Assembly: GCA_030265395.1 (NCBI GenBank)
Contig: JARFYF010000054.1
Location: 24,925,264 to 24,989,263 of the forward strand
DNA from: Rhina ancylostomus
Taxonomy: Eukaryota
Reading direction: 5' to 3'
DNA: 64,000 nt
In this document: piece by piece, positions 1-13,364 of the stretch
How the letters are laid out: each line of letters begins with the position of its first letter
How positions within the stretch are numbered: the stretch's first letter is position 1
Notes under the pieces: generated by a model
The model's input: only the letters and a program-made list of their open reading frames with translations
Databases searched by the model: none
What the model was told of the DNA's origin: nothing
Position numbers and translations under genes: made by a program

Positions 1-74
1 AGCATGGAATCCATGTGCTGGACAACAAGGCATTAATGGAGCCAAATTGAGGGCCAGAACTCAGAACCATGACA
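1..74 (-). mobile_element. Fragment of the same LTR family (5' end, reversed)
   Basis: Reverse complement matches TGTCATGGTTCTGAG...CACATGGATTCCATGCT at 44098 and 47040. Confidence 0.8.
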
Positions 75-329
75 AGAGTATTATTTCCAACCACTAGCAC
101 AATTTGTGTAGCTCCATTGGTCTGTACAGTGTGGATTTCCCCTTTCCTGGTGCATAAGGTGCCTCTTACAGTCAGTAACAGATCTTGGGTATTTCTACCC
201 TGATGTCAGTAACATTGATGTCATCAAGCAAGTGAAGCAAGTGATAAAATTTAAGAAATATCCCAGGCCATGAACCAGGAAGCTATTTTTAACCAGTTTT
301 TTAAGGATTTACAGAGTGCAAAATAAAGT

Positions 330-785
330 CTTGTCCTCAATCTACTTGGCATCACATTACCACCACTGAATCATCCACTATCAACATTCTGGGGCTTACC
401 ACTGACCAGAAACTGAACTGGAGTTGCCACATAATGTGGCTACAAAAGTAGGTCAAAGGCTGGGAATCCTGCAGCAAGTAACTCACCTCCTAACTCCTCA
501 AAGCCTATCCACCACCTTCAAGGCTCAAGTCTGGAGTGTGATGGAGTACTCTGCACTTACCTTGATGAGTGCAGCTTCAACAGCACTCAAGAAGCTCAAC
601 ACCTTACAGAACATAGCAGCCACTTGATAGACACCCCATCCACAACCATTCACTCACTCCACCACCGACTCACAGTTTGTACCATCTGCAGGATGCACTG
701 CAGCAACTCACTAAGACTTCTTAGACAGCACCTTCCGAATCCTTGACCTCTACCAGCTACAAGGACAAAGTCAGCAAAAACATCA
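330..785 (+). mobile_element. Non-LTR retrotransposon 3' fragment (post-RT region)
   Basis: ORF 424-627 (KVGQRLGILQQV...FKAQVWSVMEYS...LKKLNTLQNIA) resembles a LINE ORF2 C-terminus; clade uncertain. Confidence 0.6.
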
Positions 786-1604
786 GAACAAAATAAGATA
801 CACAACAAACCAATGTGGTTTAAAATGATTGCTAGTTACAGCTCTGATGTACAAAGGGCAAGTCAATTAACTGAAATCAACTTGTGGCGTGGAACCAGAT
901 GGATTGTAACTTCAGCGAGAGGGTTGGGTAGGGGTTCTAAATGACAATGGGGAGGGAAAAATTGCAACAAAATTCCAGGGAGTTGTGCCTTTGATTGGTA
1001 TATACGGTCCTGTTCTCATCTTGGAGAGGTGGATTTCACAATGGGAATTTTTTATTTGTGTAATTTGAAGAGGATGATGAGGAAACTGTGAGCTTGATTA
1101 TATGATCTTAGTCTGAGGCATTATAAACCATATCAAATCCCATCACAACCTTTAGCTGATCTAACCCTAATGTCTAATGAAGATGCGTGGTATCTACTGA
1201 CGTGTTACCTCAAGACTGGGACTCAGTTCCTTTCCTGGCAGTCAAAGCCACCAATTATTTTGCAGCTTATTTGTTAACCAGCTTTGTTAGTTGTATAGGT
1301 GTTCATCAGCCCATCAGAAGAAAAGGAGGCCTGCATAAATCATATCTACAAAAACTTGCAGGGCTCCTGCACTTCTAAGGAATAATTAGCAACCTTTGTA
1401 TATCCCTGAGATTGAGGCTTCTAGCTCTACAGCATGCATGGATATTACTGCACACAACATAGGAACAATACTTTTCTGTCCCCAGATTCCTAGACCTTGA
1501 TTTGTTCCTTTCCCTCAACTGGATAATTGCAAGCTGATTCTTGCACAGGTAAGATTTCATGACAAAGTTGAGCTGGTGAGCAGTGGCAAAAGTTCAAGGA
1601 AATT

Positions 1605-1735
1605 AAGACTGCTGAAAATCTGAAATAAAAGCAGAAAAAGCAGGAAACTCTCAGCAGGTCAAGAGCATCTATGGAAGGAGTAACAAAGGTAACATTTCAG
1701 GTCAGAGACTCTTCATAAGCAAGGAACAAGAGATA
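1605..1735 (-). mobile_element. Penelope pseudo-LTR copy
   Basis: Reverse of the pseudo-LTR tail; minus strand gives CTTATGAAGAGTCTCTGACCTGAAATGTTACC (decayed hammerhead-like motif). Confidence 0.6.
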
Positions 1736-2764
1736 AAAAAAGATCACCTTAAGCTATCGAGAAAGTGGCAGGAGGGATCTGTGATCGCAGTGAGACCAGA
1801 TCAAATAAATTAATGAGGAATATAGATAGTGATTCAGCTTCTCTTTTTGTGTTGTGTGTTGCTAGTAGCAGGGCTATGGATCATTTCCAGAAAATCAATC
1901 TGTACTAATGAAGAGAGAATAACCGATGGATAACTGACTCCAGAAATGATCAATTCTGATACCGATAGAAAAAGTGAATTACCTAAAGTCACTGATGCTT
2001 TTCCAACTGCACCTAAACATCCATAAACTCTACCAGAATCAGAGTCAGAATCAAGTTAATATCACTGTCTTTGTGTCACAATCTTAATCTTAGTCTGCCA
2101 CAAAACAAATTTCACATATGTCACATACAATCTTAATCTGAGGCAGCTTTGTCACAGACTAAGATATTATATGACATATGTGAAATGTGTAGTTTCGTGG
2201 CAGCAGTACAGTGCAAAGTCATAAAGTTGCAACAAATTACAAAATAAATAAATAGTGCAAAAGAAAGGAGTAATGAGTTAGTGTTCGTGGGTTCATGGAC
2301 CATTCAGATATCTGGTGGCGGAGGGGAAGAAGCTGCTTCTGAATCAGAGTGTGGGTCTTCAGGCTCCTGTACCTCCTCCTTAAAAGTAACAAGAGGGCAT
2401 GTCCCCGATGGTGAAAGCAGGACAATTTATCACCAACTGCCTCACCATCTACAAGGCAATCTTCAACACATGTACCATCCTGACCTTTAACTATGTTGTT
2501 GTCAGTCAATCGTCACTGAACTGAACTCCTTATCTAATAGCACTTTGGGACACCATCACTCTATCAATACAAGACAGCACCTTCTCAAGGCACTTGTAAA
2601 AGTTGACATGCCAGCAAAGTCCTTATCTCATGAGTAAATAAAAAGAACTGAAGTCTCCAATGCATCGCACCTTTCATGTCACCTTCCCTCTTCTATTCAT
2701 CTAAGCACAAAGGAGGACACCCTGGTTACCTCTTCAGAGACATCTCCCTCCCCCATACACCTTG

Positions 2765-3290
2765 CAGCTTAACAATCTTTTTTTGTCTCCTTCTCACTTC
2801 TGATGACTGGTCTTCAACCTGAAACATTAACTCTGTTTTTCTACTCATAGCTGCAGCCTGACCTGCTGAGTATGTCCAGCATCTTCTGTTTTTATTTTGA
2901 ATTCTCCAACTTTAGGTCACTTGCTCCTTCTTTCTATCTGTTTCAGAATGAGCTATTTCTGCCAGTGATCCATCTGTGATTTTGGCTCCATTTTTCTCTC
3001 TCTATTACTACAGTCTAACCTGCTGGACATGTCCCATAGCCCTGCTATTAGCACCATCTATTAGACAAATAAAAAGAAGAAGAATCTGTGTCTAAATGTC
3101 ACATTTACCCATTTGGTCTCACCCTGTCAGAGATATTGCCTTTGATTTCTGCAACTTAAAACTAACTTGTTTTCTCTCTTTCCCAGTTCTGACAGAGTCT
3201 CAGACTTGAAACAATAACTCTCTTTCACTTTCCACAGACACTGCCTGGCCTGCTGAGTGTTTCCAGCGTTTTCTGTTTTTATCTCAGTTC
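2765..3290 (+). mobile_element. Two tandem Penelope pseudo-LTR copies with decayed hammerhead motifs
   Basis: CTGATGA...GAAACATTAACT at 2800-2832 and CTGACAGAGTCTCAGACTTGAAACAATAACT at 3189-3219, each followed by the shared pseudo-LTR tail. Confidence 0.65.
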
Positions 3291-3532
3291 TTTGCCATCC
3301 TTGCTGCTAGTTTCTCACACACCATTACTGCCCCGTTGTTTCCACGCAGTGCTCCTACAACAGCTGCAGCCAGATCAGTGCAAAGTTGCTCACTTGGGGT
3401 GTAAAAAAGAGTGCAATGGCCATAAAGGATGACCTTGAGCAGCTCTGAACTAGGACAGCTTGGCTCCAGATAGCAGTGCTTTACTGTACCAAATAGCAGC
3501 CTGAGATAGCTGGCTGATAGACAATTGTTCCT

Positions 3533-4725
3533 TATTTCAAAAATAAACTTTATTCATATAAAATATGTTCAATTACAGAAAACATAAAGCATAGCCATCT
3601 TTGCATTCACAGTGCCATTTAGCCCATACATTCGGAGTGTAATTCTTTCTCTACATTGGTAGTGTCAGCACAGTATGTGTACATGACACCATTACCAAGC
3701 ATGTAGCCTCCTGGGATGATACCATCTTCAAGTGTTTGAGTGATCTGATGGCAGAAGGACCTCAGACTACAGTCCTTCCCCACAAAGCCTTTGGGTTAGC
3801 TGCTGTGAGCTTCAGTGAGTTCCTCAGCACATACTCCTGCAGCCTGGAATGTGGCAGTTGGCAGTATTCCCTTACAGACATCTCATTGCAATGGAAGACA
3901 ACAAATTTTAGGCAGACCAAAGTTTGTTTTTCACTGAGTTGATAATCCTTCAGCAGCACTGGATACCTGTCTTGGTGTGCGTCCCTGGGAAAAGCCTGTA
4001 GATAGGGAATTCTCTGTTGCTTGGCTGTACCTCAACAAGGGCCTTATATCCTTCTCCAGACCTTCTTTGCAACTACAGAATCCACCAAGAGTTGAGTGTC
4101 CATCTCATCCTCACCAAGGGCAGCGGGCATTGGGAGTGTGATTCCGACTGTACAGGAAGGATCTGACAGGGATGGCAACTCTCACTACCAGCCAAATGAG
4201 GTTGTTGACCTTGTTAGTGAGTTCTGGCAATGAGATGTTCTGCCAGATGATTTGGACAGTCTTCTCAGAGAACCACCACACAGAATCCATTATGTTTTTG
4301 TCTCAGAACATTCTGATTCTGTGCTGACCATGGCCTGATGGATAATGGTCTAAGGTGTTTTCCTGAAAGAACTATTCCAAGGATAGGAAGTGTTGCATTG
4401 TCCAAATAACTGGGACATTGCGTGGCAACAGAGCCAGGCTCATCCTTCGCAACACTGGGGACAGGTAGAACCTCAGCACAGAGCAACACTTGGTGCCTGC
4501 CTCTTTGGTTAGCCAGGCCACCAATGCCAAGCCAACTGATGTTCCATGGATGCACTGTCACTCCCTAGGTCACCACCTCAGCAATCCCGGTGAAGTGCTA
4601 CTGAACGATTTGCAAGAGACCTGTGAAACCCACAAAACCCCTTTGAACCATACTATCCAGAGCCAGGATGGTAGCAACTTCAGTTTGCATGGCAGGAGTC
4701 TGAGTATCTGCTTTAACACTTGGAT
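3533..4725 (-). mobile_element. Tx1/L1-clade LINE 3' fragment
   Basis: Minus ORF 3762-3959 ends LQEYVLRNSLKLTAANPKALWGRTVV, a Tx1-like ORF2 C-terminus; a 3' UTR and ATGAATAAAGTTTATTTTTGAAA end follow. Confidence 0.7.
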
Positions 4726-5193
4726 ACTGGATGGCTACAGTAACAACAGCAGGAAATGGAAAATGTTGCAAAAACTAAGCAAGTCAGGTTTACCTTTTCA
4801 GTATTTTCCGTTCTCTGTTTTTTCCTTATCCTGCACATATACAGTAAGTTTGAACTGCAGGACAAGTCCCACCTCCATGTGATAAGGTGGACTTCTGATA
4901 AGATGGACTCTTAACCTCACAATCTACCTCGTTATGACCTTGCACCTTATTGTCTACCTGCACTGCACTTTCTCTGTAACTGTAACATGTTAGTCTGCGT
5001 TATTTTATCCTGTACCACCTCAATACACTGTGGTATTGATCTGTACGAACGGTATGTAAGACGTTTTGCACTGTACCTCAGTACAAGTGACAATAATAAA
5101 CCAATTTACCAATTCTCAAAGAGGATCGCGAGAGCTCTTGCTCCTTTAATGCTTTGCCCAACAGTTATTATCCCTCAGCCAACAGAGTAAATT

Positions 5194-5404
5194 GCAACAA
5201 ACAATCTGCTGGAGGAACTCAGTGGGTCAAGCAGCATTTGTGGGGGTAAAGGAACTGTCGACATTTCTGATACAGGGTTTCCATTTGAAACGTTAATGAT
5301 TCCCTCCCACCCCCCCGCCCCCCAGATGCTGCTTGACCCACTGAGATCTTCCATGAGGCTGTGTGTTGCTCTAGATTCCAGCATCTGCAGTCTCTTGTGT
5401 CTCC
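5194..5404. repeat. Fold-back Penelope pseudo-LTR element
   Basis: CTCAGTGGGTCAAGCAGCAT pairs with ATGCTGCTTGACCCACTGAG; central CTGATAC...GAAACGTT remnant. Confidence 0.75.
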
Positions 5405-6086
5405 TTTCTAAACAGATTATCTGGTTATGGCTATATTGCCGTTAAAAGGTTCTTGCTCAGAGCCAAGTAAGTTTTGCCCTGAAAGGGATACGAAAGGCAC
5501 TGCAGAAATGCAGGCGTTTCTCGTTAATGGTCTTTCAGGTTAAGTGCTTGCTCATCTACCTAAGCACAAGAGCATGTACACTGAACCCAGCCTGTAATTA
5601 CAGATCCCGCTTCCTGCGTGGGGAATGGAGCCATTAGCCCCATGAGGTCTGCATCTCTGAGTCACTAGAATTCTCTGTACTGACATCGTGTTGCCCAGGA
5701 GGCTGTCAGTCACATTGGAAGCCCTGCTCTGACGACAAGACGATGAACGCTGGAAAGTTGTACACAATACCAGCGAGGCCATTTGTTTAGCACAGTGTAC
5801 TGTTCTGGTCTTCATATTACAGGAAAGGTGCGAGTGCACTGGCAAAGGTGCAGGGGAGATTTACAAAGACATTGACAGGACCGGAGGACTGCAGCCACAA
5901 GCAAGGATGGACTAGGGTTGGTTTCTCTGGAACAGAGGAAGCTGAGGGAGATATATGTAGATATGAGGGGTCGACATGCAGTAAACAGGAAGGACCCACT
6001 TCCCCAATCAGCGTGGTTAAAAATCAGCGGGCACGGGTTTGAAGATAACTTGTAAAATAATTACAAGGGCGATGGGAAAGGTTTGT

Positions 6087-6425
6087 AGAGAGAGAAAGAG
6101 AGGTTGATAGAGAGATTGATGAAGGGAGAGAGGTTGATAGAGGTTGATAGAGGTTGACAGAGAGAGAGGTTGACTGAGAGAGGTTAATAAAGAGAGAGAA
6201 AAAGATGGAGCAATTGAGAGATTGATAGAGAGATTAATAGAGAGAGATTTATAGTGAGAAAGAACTGTCCCTCAGTATGTGACATTAATAAACAAATTCC
6301 AATTCCAAAGTGAGAGAGAGAGACTGAGAGAGAGACTGAGAGAGAGATCGACAGATAAGGAGAAAGATATAGTGAAAGATAGACTGGTAGGGAGACAGAA
6401 AGATTGAGAGAGAGTGACAGAGATG
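6087..6425 (+). repeat. Degenerate GA-rich simple repeat (GAGAGAGGTTGATA-like units)
   Basis: Repeated AGAGGTTGAT and (GA)n blocks, directly visible. Confidence 0.85.
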
Positions 6426-6427
6426 TT

Positions 6428-6619
6428 GACACAAGACTGCAGATGCTGGAATCTGGAGGAAGAAACAAACTGCTGGAGGAACTCATCAGGTTGAGCAGCA
6501 TCTGTGGAGGCAAAGGGATGGTTGATGTTTCAGGTCATGCCCTGAATCAGGACTGGGAATGTAAAGGGATGATAGCCCGTATAGGGGTGAGACAGGGGCT
6601 GGTAATGGAATCAGAGTGG
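6428..6619 (-). mobile_element. Penelope pseudo-LTR copy
   Basis: AGACTGCAGATGCTGGAATCTGGAG...; minus strand gives CAGTCCTGATTCAGGGCATGACCTGAAACATCAAC. Confidence 0.65.
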
Positions 6620-8257
6620 NNNNNNNNNNNNNNNNNNNNNNNNNNNNNNNNNNNNNNNNNNNNNNNNNNNNNNNNNNNNNNNNNNNNNNNNNNNNNNNNN
6701 NNNNNNNNNNNNNNNNNNNACCTCACAATCTACCTCGTTATGACCTTGCACCTTATTGTCTACCTGCACTGCACTTTCTCTGTAACTGTAACACTTTAGT
6801 CTGCATTCTGTTATTGTTTCCTCTTGTTCTCCCTCAGTGCACTTATAGCGAATTGATCTGTATGGACAGCATGCAAAGCAAATTTTTCACTATACCTTGG
6901 TACATGTGACAATAATAAACCAATTTGCCAATTTACCATAGCATTAACAACTTATCATGCAGGCCTAGTAGCTTAATGTGCTAATAACTGTCCCCATTAA
7001 CCCATTTTGACTCGTCCTACAGGCTTTGCTCTATACATCCCTACTCTACCTTCCCTCTGACTGAAGACCTGCTTGATTCTGTCTTCCTCAGTTCTGACGA
7101 AGGGTTGCAGACCCAAACACAGATTGTTTCTCTTTCCACAGATGCTGCCTGATTTTCATCAGTTGGAAACTGATGGCAGTCATCAGGTATATAATTGAAA
7201 AAAGGCCCATGTATAATGATATGGTGAATGGAGAGGCCATGTTTAAGATGTAAAAGATGCAATGCTTAGAGCGGAGACCAGGATTACAGTGAAATCTATG
7301 GAGTACATAAAATTTGCAATGTGCCTCAGCCAACCAAATGTCCACTGATCCACAGGTGATCACTCAATGTATCAAATCAGTTTAGAAACAGATGGGGTAA
7401 ACCAAGAGGAAATATTTAATCAATTGAGTTTTCTTATCTCTGGGCCAATAAGCTCTCTTAGATTGGTGGGTCCAATGCAATCAATCTGCTGCTGATATCA
7501 CTCCTGACTGTTCATCAGCAGCACAAGGTGAGGGCAGGTACTCTGTGAGGGATCCTTTACTATCAGGCAGTGTGTCAGCTCAGGCTATCCTTCCAATGCG
7601 AGGCCTGTGTGAGAACCAAGAACCTCTTCAGATCTGACCTGAATTCAATGGTAATTTGAGAAAACTGACAGGTTACTGGAGGTGTTGCTGAGGATTCTGG
7701 GTGTTTCAGATAAAAGGGCGCATGCTGCAGATCACGCATGCACAATCGTGTTTGTTCTGCACAAGTTTCAGTTGGAGCCTTTCGCTTGCAGCTTGCAGTT
7801 CCAAGAATCTGCAAGAAATCCCAGCTGTGGTATGAATATGTTGGGTGGGGCGAGTTAACCCAGTTGTATCACTTCGAGCAAGAAATACAACAGCACAAAC
7901 CCACACCCTCAGCACGTGCATGGGACTATTTACCTACACTGTTACATCACTGCAAGTGAAGTACTCAGTAGCTTTCATTGACAGATAATTGTGCAATAAT
8001 TTACTAATTGTAGTTGTCATTGCTTTGCTTGAACAACTACAAATTTCTTGTACAAACAGTGTGAATTCATCACTTATCAGGAAGGACGATAAAAGTACAT
8101 GTCAACATAGAACAGTACAGCAGAGAAACAGGTCCTTCTAGTAATTAAATGTCTAATAAATTAATCCCTTCTGCCTACACAATGTCCATATCCCTCCATT
8201 CTCTGCATATCCATGTGCCTATCCAGGAGTTCTCTTAAACAACTCTATTGTATCAGG

Positions 8258-8842
8258 AACAAGGGTGATGAACTTAGACCATGGCTACGTACTTGGAACT
8301 ATATTGTGGTGGTCATTACAGAGACTTGGCAGTAGCAAAGGCAGGAGCAGCTGCTGGATATTCCAGGGTTTAGATGTTTCAAAAGGGGCAGGGATGGAGG
8401 TAGAAAAGGCTTTGCTGATCAGGGACAGTGTCACAGCTGTAGAAAGGGAGGACATCCTGGAGGGATCGTCTGCTGAGTCAGTGTGGGTGGAAGTCAGAAA
8501 CAGGAAGGGAGCGATCACTCTATTGGGAGTATTCTACAGACCCTCAGTAGCAGCAGAGACACTGAGGAGCAGATCGGGAGGCAGATTTTGGAGAGGTGCA
8601 AAAATAACAGGGTTGTTGTCATAGGTGATTTCAACTTATCTAATATTGATTGGCATGTCCTTAGTGTAAAGCGGATAATTGTAGTGGAGTTTGTTAGGTG
8701 TGTCCAGGAAGGATTCCTGACACAATCTGTGGACAGGCTGACTAGAGGAGAGGCCATACTGGACCTGGTACTCGGCAATGAGCCTGATCAGCTTTCAGAT
8801 CTCTCTGTGAGAGAGCATTTTGGAGATAGTAACCATAACATT
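8258..8842 (+). mobile_element. CR1 LINE ORF2 endonuclease fragment
   Basis: ESVWVEVRNRKGAITLLGVFYRP, frameshift, then VVIGDFNLSNIDW...TRGEAILDLVLGNEP...EHFGDSNH (APE motifs). Confidence 0.9.
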
Positions 8843-10875
8843 GGAGGGGCATAGGAGTAGACTATANNNNNNNNNNNNNNNNNNNNNNNNNNNNNNNNNN
8901 NNNNNNNNNNNNNNNNNNNNNNNNNNNNNNNNNNNNNNNNNNNNNNNNNNNNNNNNNNNNNNNNNNTCCTACCTATAATAGGGCGACCAGAATTGAATGC
9001 AGTACTCCAGATTCAGCCTAACTAGAGTTTTATAAATGTCCCTTAGATTTACTTATCTGCAAGTGACCTGAATACTATTGCCTGGGTCACAGTCTCTCCA
9101 ACCATACATCTGTAAAGTTGACATTTGCTCAAACTGATACAGTTCTTTAAATGCAACAGGTAGGAACTGACAGCATTACTCCTCTTCAGGAAGCTTCTGC
9201 TAAATACATGATACCATTTTCTATAGGTTTATACAGGGATAGAAATTGCATTACATAATACAACATTTTCTTTGGAAAACACTTTTAAGCTGAAAACTTA
9301 TTGTACGTACTTTAAGAAGTTGTTTCATGGCCCGTTATACTAATGACATTCATGACTGACCTCACTGTTACAACATTCTAGGTTGAAAACTTGTTTCAGA
9401 AACTGGAGGATGTAGACCTGCTACAGACTCTTAGCCCTACCCAAGCCACCCTATGGGGGTCTACCACTGAATCAAGAACTGGAATCTCTGCACATGATGC
9501 CGATATCTTCTATCGCTGAGTCCTTCTTTGTTCTGGATAAAGAATCCACATGGTGACCATCCTAGCTCCCGGTGCCCACTTCTACAATGTCCAATCAGCA
9601 GTCAGAGAACTGAGTTTCTGGTCCAATCAAGTAACTGCTAAATAAGGGCTAATCTGCCCCAAAGCTGCCCCACTACATGAAGGGGCAGTTGGCAACTGAA
9701 TTCTCAATGGATATGGAGAAGAAAAAGATAATGTTAGTTATTTGTTTTAAATTATCTATTTATGCTTTAATTCATGTAATGTTTTTAATTACTCACTTTA
9801 ATTTTTTAATTATTTAGGACAATGTTAGTATTTTCCAACAGCCATGACTTGCTTTGAGAAGGCACCAGACACCACTCCCACATTTTCTTCTACTGAAGGC
9901 AGTCAAGGCAATCTGGGGTGAGGGTCTCAGGGGTACACAGGCTGAGGCCTTGCTATGTCTTGGTGACTGACCCTGGGTTTGGGAGGTCTGAGACAATTTG
10001 ACCCATGCTTCTGTACCAGGTTAGTATGGGGCTGGGGGGAAATGCGCAGGTGAATCCAGGCATAGGGATGCCTTTTGGTTCAGGGGACCATAAATATTGA
10101 GGATCCAGAAACCAGCTACGGACCAAATGTGTCGAGGTTCACATCTGTCGTAACCACCAGGTCAGGATGCACATGGGAAAAGACTCAACAGTCTATTGAA
10201 AAAACTGCAAAGAAAGTTTAGGTGAACATATCAGCATACAGATTAGATGTAGGAGTAGGGCACTTCTTCCCTCAAACCTACTCTGTCATTTATAAAGGTT
10301 ATGGTTGATCTGATTATAACACTCGCATTCCAGTGCACTCACAGGAACCTTTCACTGTCATACTTATCAAAAATCTTTCTGCCTCTCCACTGAAAATTTT
10401 TATTCTCCACTTCCAATTTAAAGAGTTTCCAAAGACACACAACTCTGAGGAAAAAAATGCCTTGTCTCTGTCCTAAACTGGCAACCTTTTATTCTTAACC
10501 ATTGAGCCTTAGATCTTGATTTGTCCACAAGAGGAAATATTCTCTTCACATCCACCCTCTCAAGACTCTCCAGGACTTTGTTATAGATCCTAAATGAAAA
10601 TAATTATGCTAAGAAAATAATTAATTAAGAATTTTTAATTAAAATCATGCATGTATATCATTAAATTAAATGGAATGCAAATTTGCCATAGAAAATTTCC
10701 ACATGCCATTTGTAAGCTTAAAGCTTAAAAGTACCCGTTGGTGCTGGCTTATGGAAATGCTTCATGGGAGCTTTATTCGAACTGATTTAAGGATCCCAAC
10801 TCAGCTCCAGCACTGAACGCCCACAGTCACCACTAACCTATAAAACTGGCCAAACTCATCTCTTGCTTGGAAGCA

Positions 10876-11058
10876 TGGAGACTGCAGATGCTGGAATCTG
10901 GAGCAAAAAACAAAATGCTGGAGGAACTTAACGANNNNNNNNNNTTAACGAGTCAGGCAGCATCTGTGGAGGGAAATGGGCAGTTGATGTTTCGGGTCGA
11001 GGCCCTTCATTTGGTCTGAAAAATTAGTGGGGAGATAGCCAGTATAGAGGTGAGAGGA
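10876..11058 (-). mobile_element. Penelope pseudo-LTR copy
   Basis: GAGACTGCAGATGCTGGAATCTGGAGC...; minus strand gives ATGAAGGGCCTCGACCCGAAACATCAACTG. Confidence 0.65.
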
Positions 11059-12289
11059 CATGATCCCCCTGTCAACTTGATTCCCAACACTGACGTGACT
11101 CATCGGGCACTGTCATGGGGTTTGGGAAGGGGTTAGTGAGAGATTATGATTGGGGGGTGATGGAGGGTGGTGGTAGGAAATGTGGGGGTTGGTAGCACTG
11201 GTCACTATGAAATGATGAAGCTGTTGTCACTTTTTATGCAACAATTCGCAGTAGTTATGTAATCCATGAGAATGTAACACAGTCAGCAGACACATTGAAA
11301 ACATTTAAAATTAGATAAGATAGAAACATATGAAGCAATGAAATGCATTGGTTGATTTTACAATATAATGGTAGACACCCACTCTTTTGGTTTATTTTAT
11401 GCTGTTTAAGTCTGCATTTTTCAGTGAAGCGAAATAAACTCTTATCTTGATTAAACTTGGCATACTTCTGTTCCCACAAACCTTTTCTAAGGGGAGTTCA
11501 GGTGTCAGGCCTTGACAGTGATATTGAATCACAGGCTTTTGGGTTGGGGAGAAGTTATGCTGACAGGATCAAGTTAGTAGAAAATTCTTCCAAATGTAAT
11601 GTAGACCTGCATTTTCCTTAAAATAAAATGACTCACTTTAAGGCAGTCGAGCAAGTAACAAAGAGGATTTTGACCAAAACACAGTTTTTTGGAATACCTA
11701 TCAATCTCCTCTCATACCTTCCCCTCTCCACCATCTCCTGGCACTGCTGCCTCTGTAGGTTGGCTTTCTTTCAAGGTTTGAGCTTGACTCTGATCTGCCT
11801 TGTTTGAATTGCAATAGGTGTTGGATAGCATCAATCCATAAATCATGCACTTCTCCACACAGCAAAAGAGAGGATCCATTTCAGGTTAAATTGTATAAGG
11901 GACTTCTGCTGCAAGTTATTGTTAGTTGTTTATATTCAGCACAGTCAAAACTGGGGAGATAATTCCAAGTGCACCCCCAGCCCTTTCTCTCAGATTCATC
12001 TCAGATTTTGAGCCAGAACATGACCAGGCAAAACAACGANNNNNNNNNNNNNNNNNNNNNNNNNNNNNNNNNNNNNNNNNNNNNNATACACTAGAACTTA
12101 TACTGCTGTTGCCTTAGATACAGCAGAAGTCAACACATCTTGGATTGCTTGATTCAATGCTGTTTTAATTGGGTAATCACACTGTTACAGATATTTCTGT
12201 GCTGCTGGGTGAGAGATCTTTAACTATCAGTTGATCTGTCACGAACTGCAGCTTAGGATTTGGTCAAGGATTGCCAAGGAAGGGACTGA

Positions 12290-12640
12290 AAGACCTGGAT
12301 AGGAATGGATATGGACAGGATGTTTCCATTAGTAGAAGAGCCAAGGATCTGAGGGCACACACTCAGAATAAAGGGGCTTTCCTTTAAAACTGAGATGAGG
12401 AGGATTTTCTTCAGCCAGACAGTGGTGAATCTGTGGAATTTGTTGCACAGAGAGCTGTGGAGGCCAAGCCATTGTGTGCATTTAAAGAAGAGGCCTATAG
12501 GTACTTGATTGGTAAGGGAGTTAAGGATTATGGGGAGAAGGTGGGAGAATGGGGTTCAAAAAAATCACCCTAGATTGAATGGGGGAGAGACTTGATGGGC
12601 TGAATGGTCTAATTCTGCTCCTATATCTTATGGTCTTGTG
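12290..12640 (+). mobile_element. CR1 LINE 3' end
   Basis: GAGATGAGGAGGATTTTCTTCAGCCAGACAGTGGTGAATCTGTGGAAT...GATGGGCTGAATGGTCTAATTCTGCTCCTATATCTTATG. Confidence 0.85.
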
Positions 12641-13364
12641 ATTGCTCTATGCCCTGTGTTTGTGGAGTCAATCCAAACACTCAGGATGGTTAGGCAGCTG
12701 CACCAAACTGCCCATTTGGCATAAGATGATGACAGATATAATAGGCAAGAAATTGTTTAATTTGACTGCTCATTCAAAGCTTCTCCAAATAAACAAAGTG
12801 CTGGGATCACAGAATGTCCATAACAGAAAGATAGATACAGTGTGCTCCAGTAAAGCACAATGTTAAATTTTCAGTTAGTCCAAAAATTTCCTTTCTTGAG
12901 CCATGTTATCAAAAAGCTAGTCAGAAAATATTGGGTTCACACACAGAGAACCAATGCACCTGATAGGAAATAATACAGATCGGTTCTTGTAAATATTGCT
13001 GGCCAGAGCAGTGTAGAAGGTGGTAGTGGCTGAGGAGTTGGAAAATATTCCCTTGGATCACGTTTAAAACATCAGTGACTGAAGAAATGGATTCAGTTCA
13101 CATCGACAATACATCACATTGGTCTCTAGGGAGCATGCATCAGGAGGTGGTTAGCAAGGAGTCTTTACAAGTGTGCACTTAAAGGCAAATATTTATAAGG
13201 AAGCACTTGCTGATCTATTACCAACTTTACCAAATTTACAAGGTTTATTTACCAAAGATATTTATTAAGGGGTTTTATGGGCAAATTCTTAGAGATAATT
13301 ATTTTGGAAGAATATTTATCGGGCAAAGTATGATAAGAACAGAAGTTACTCGCAATATTCAACA

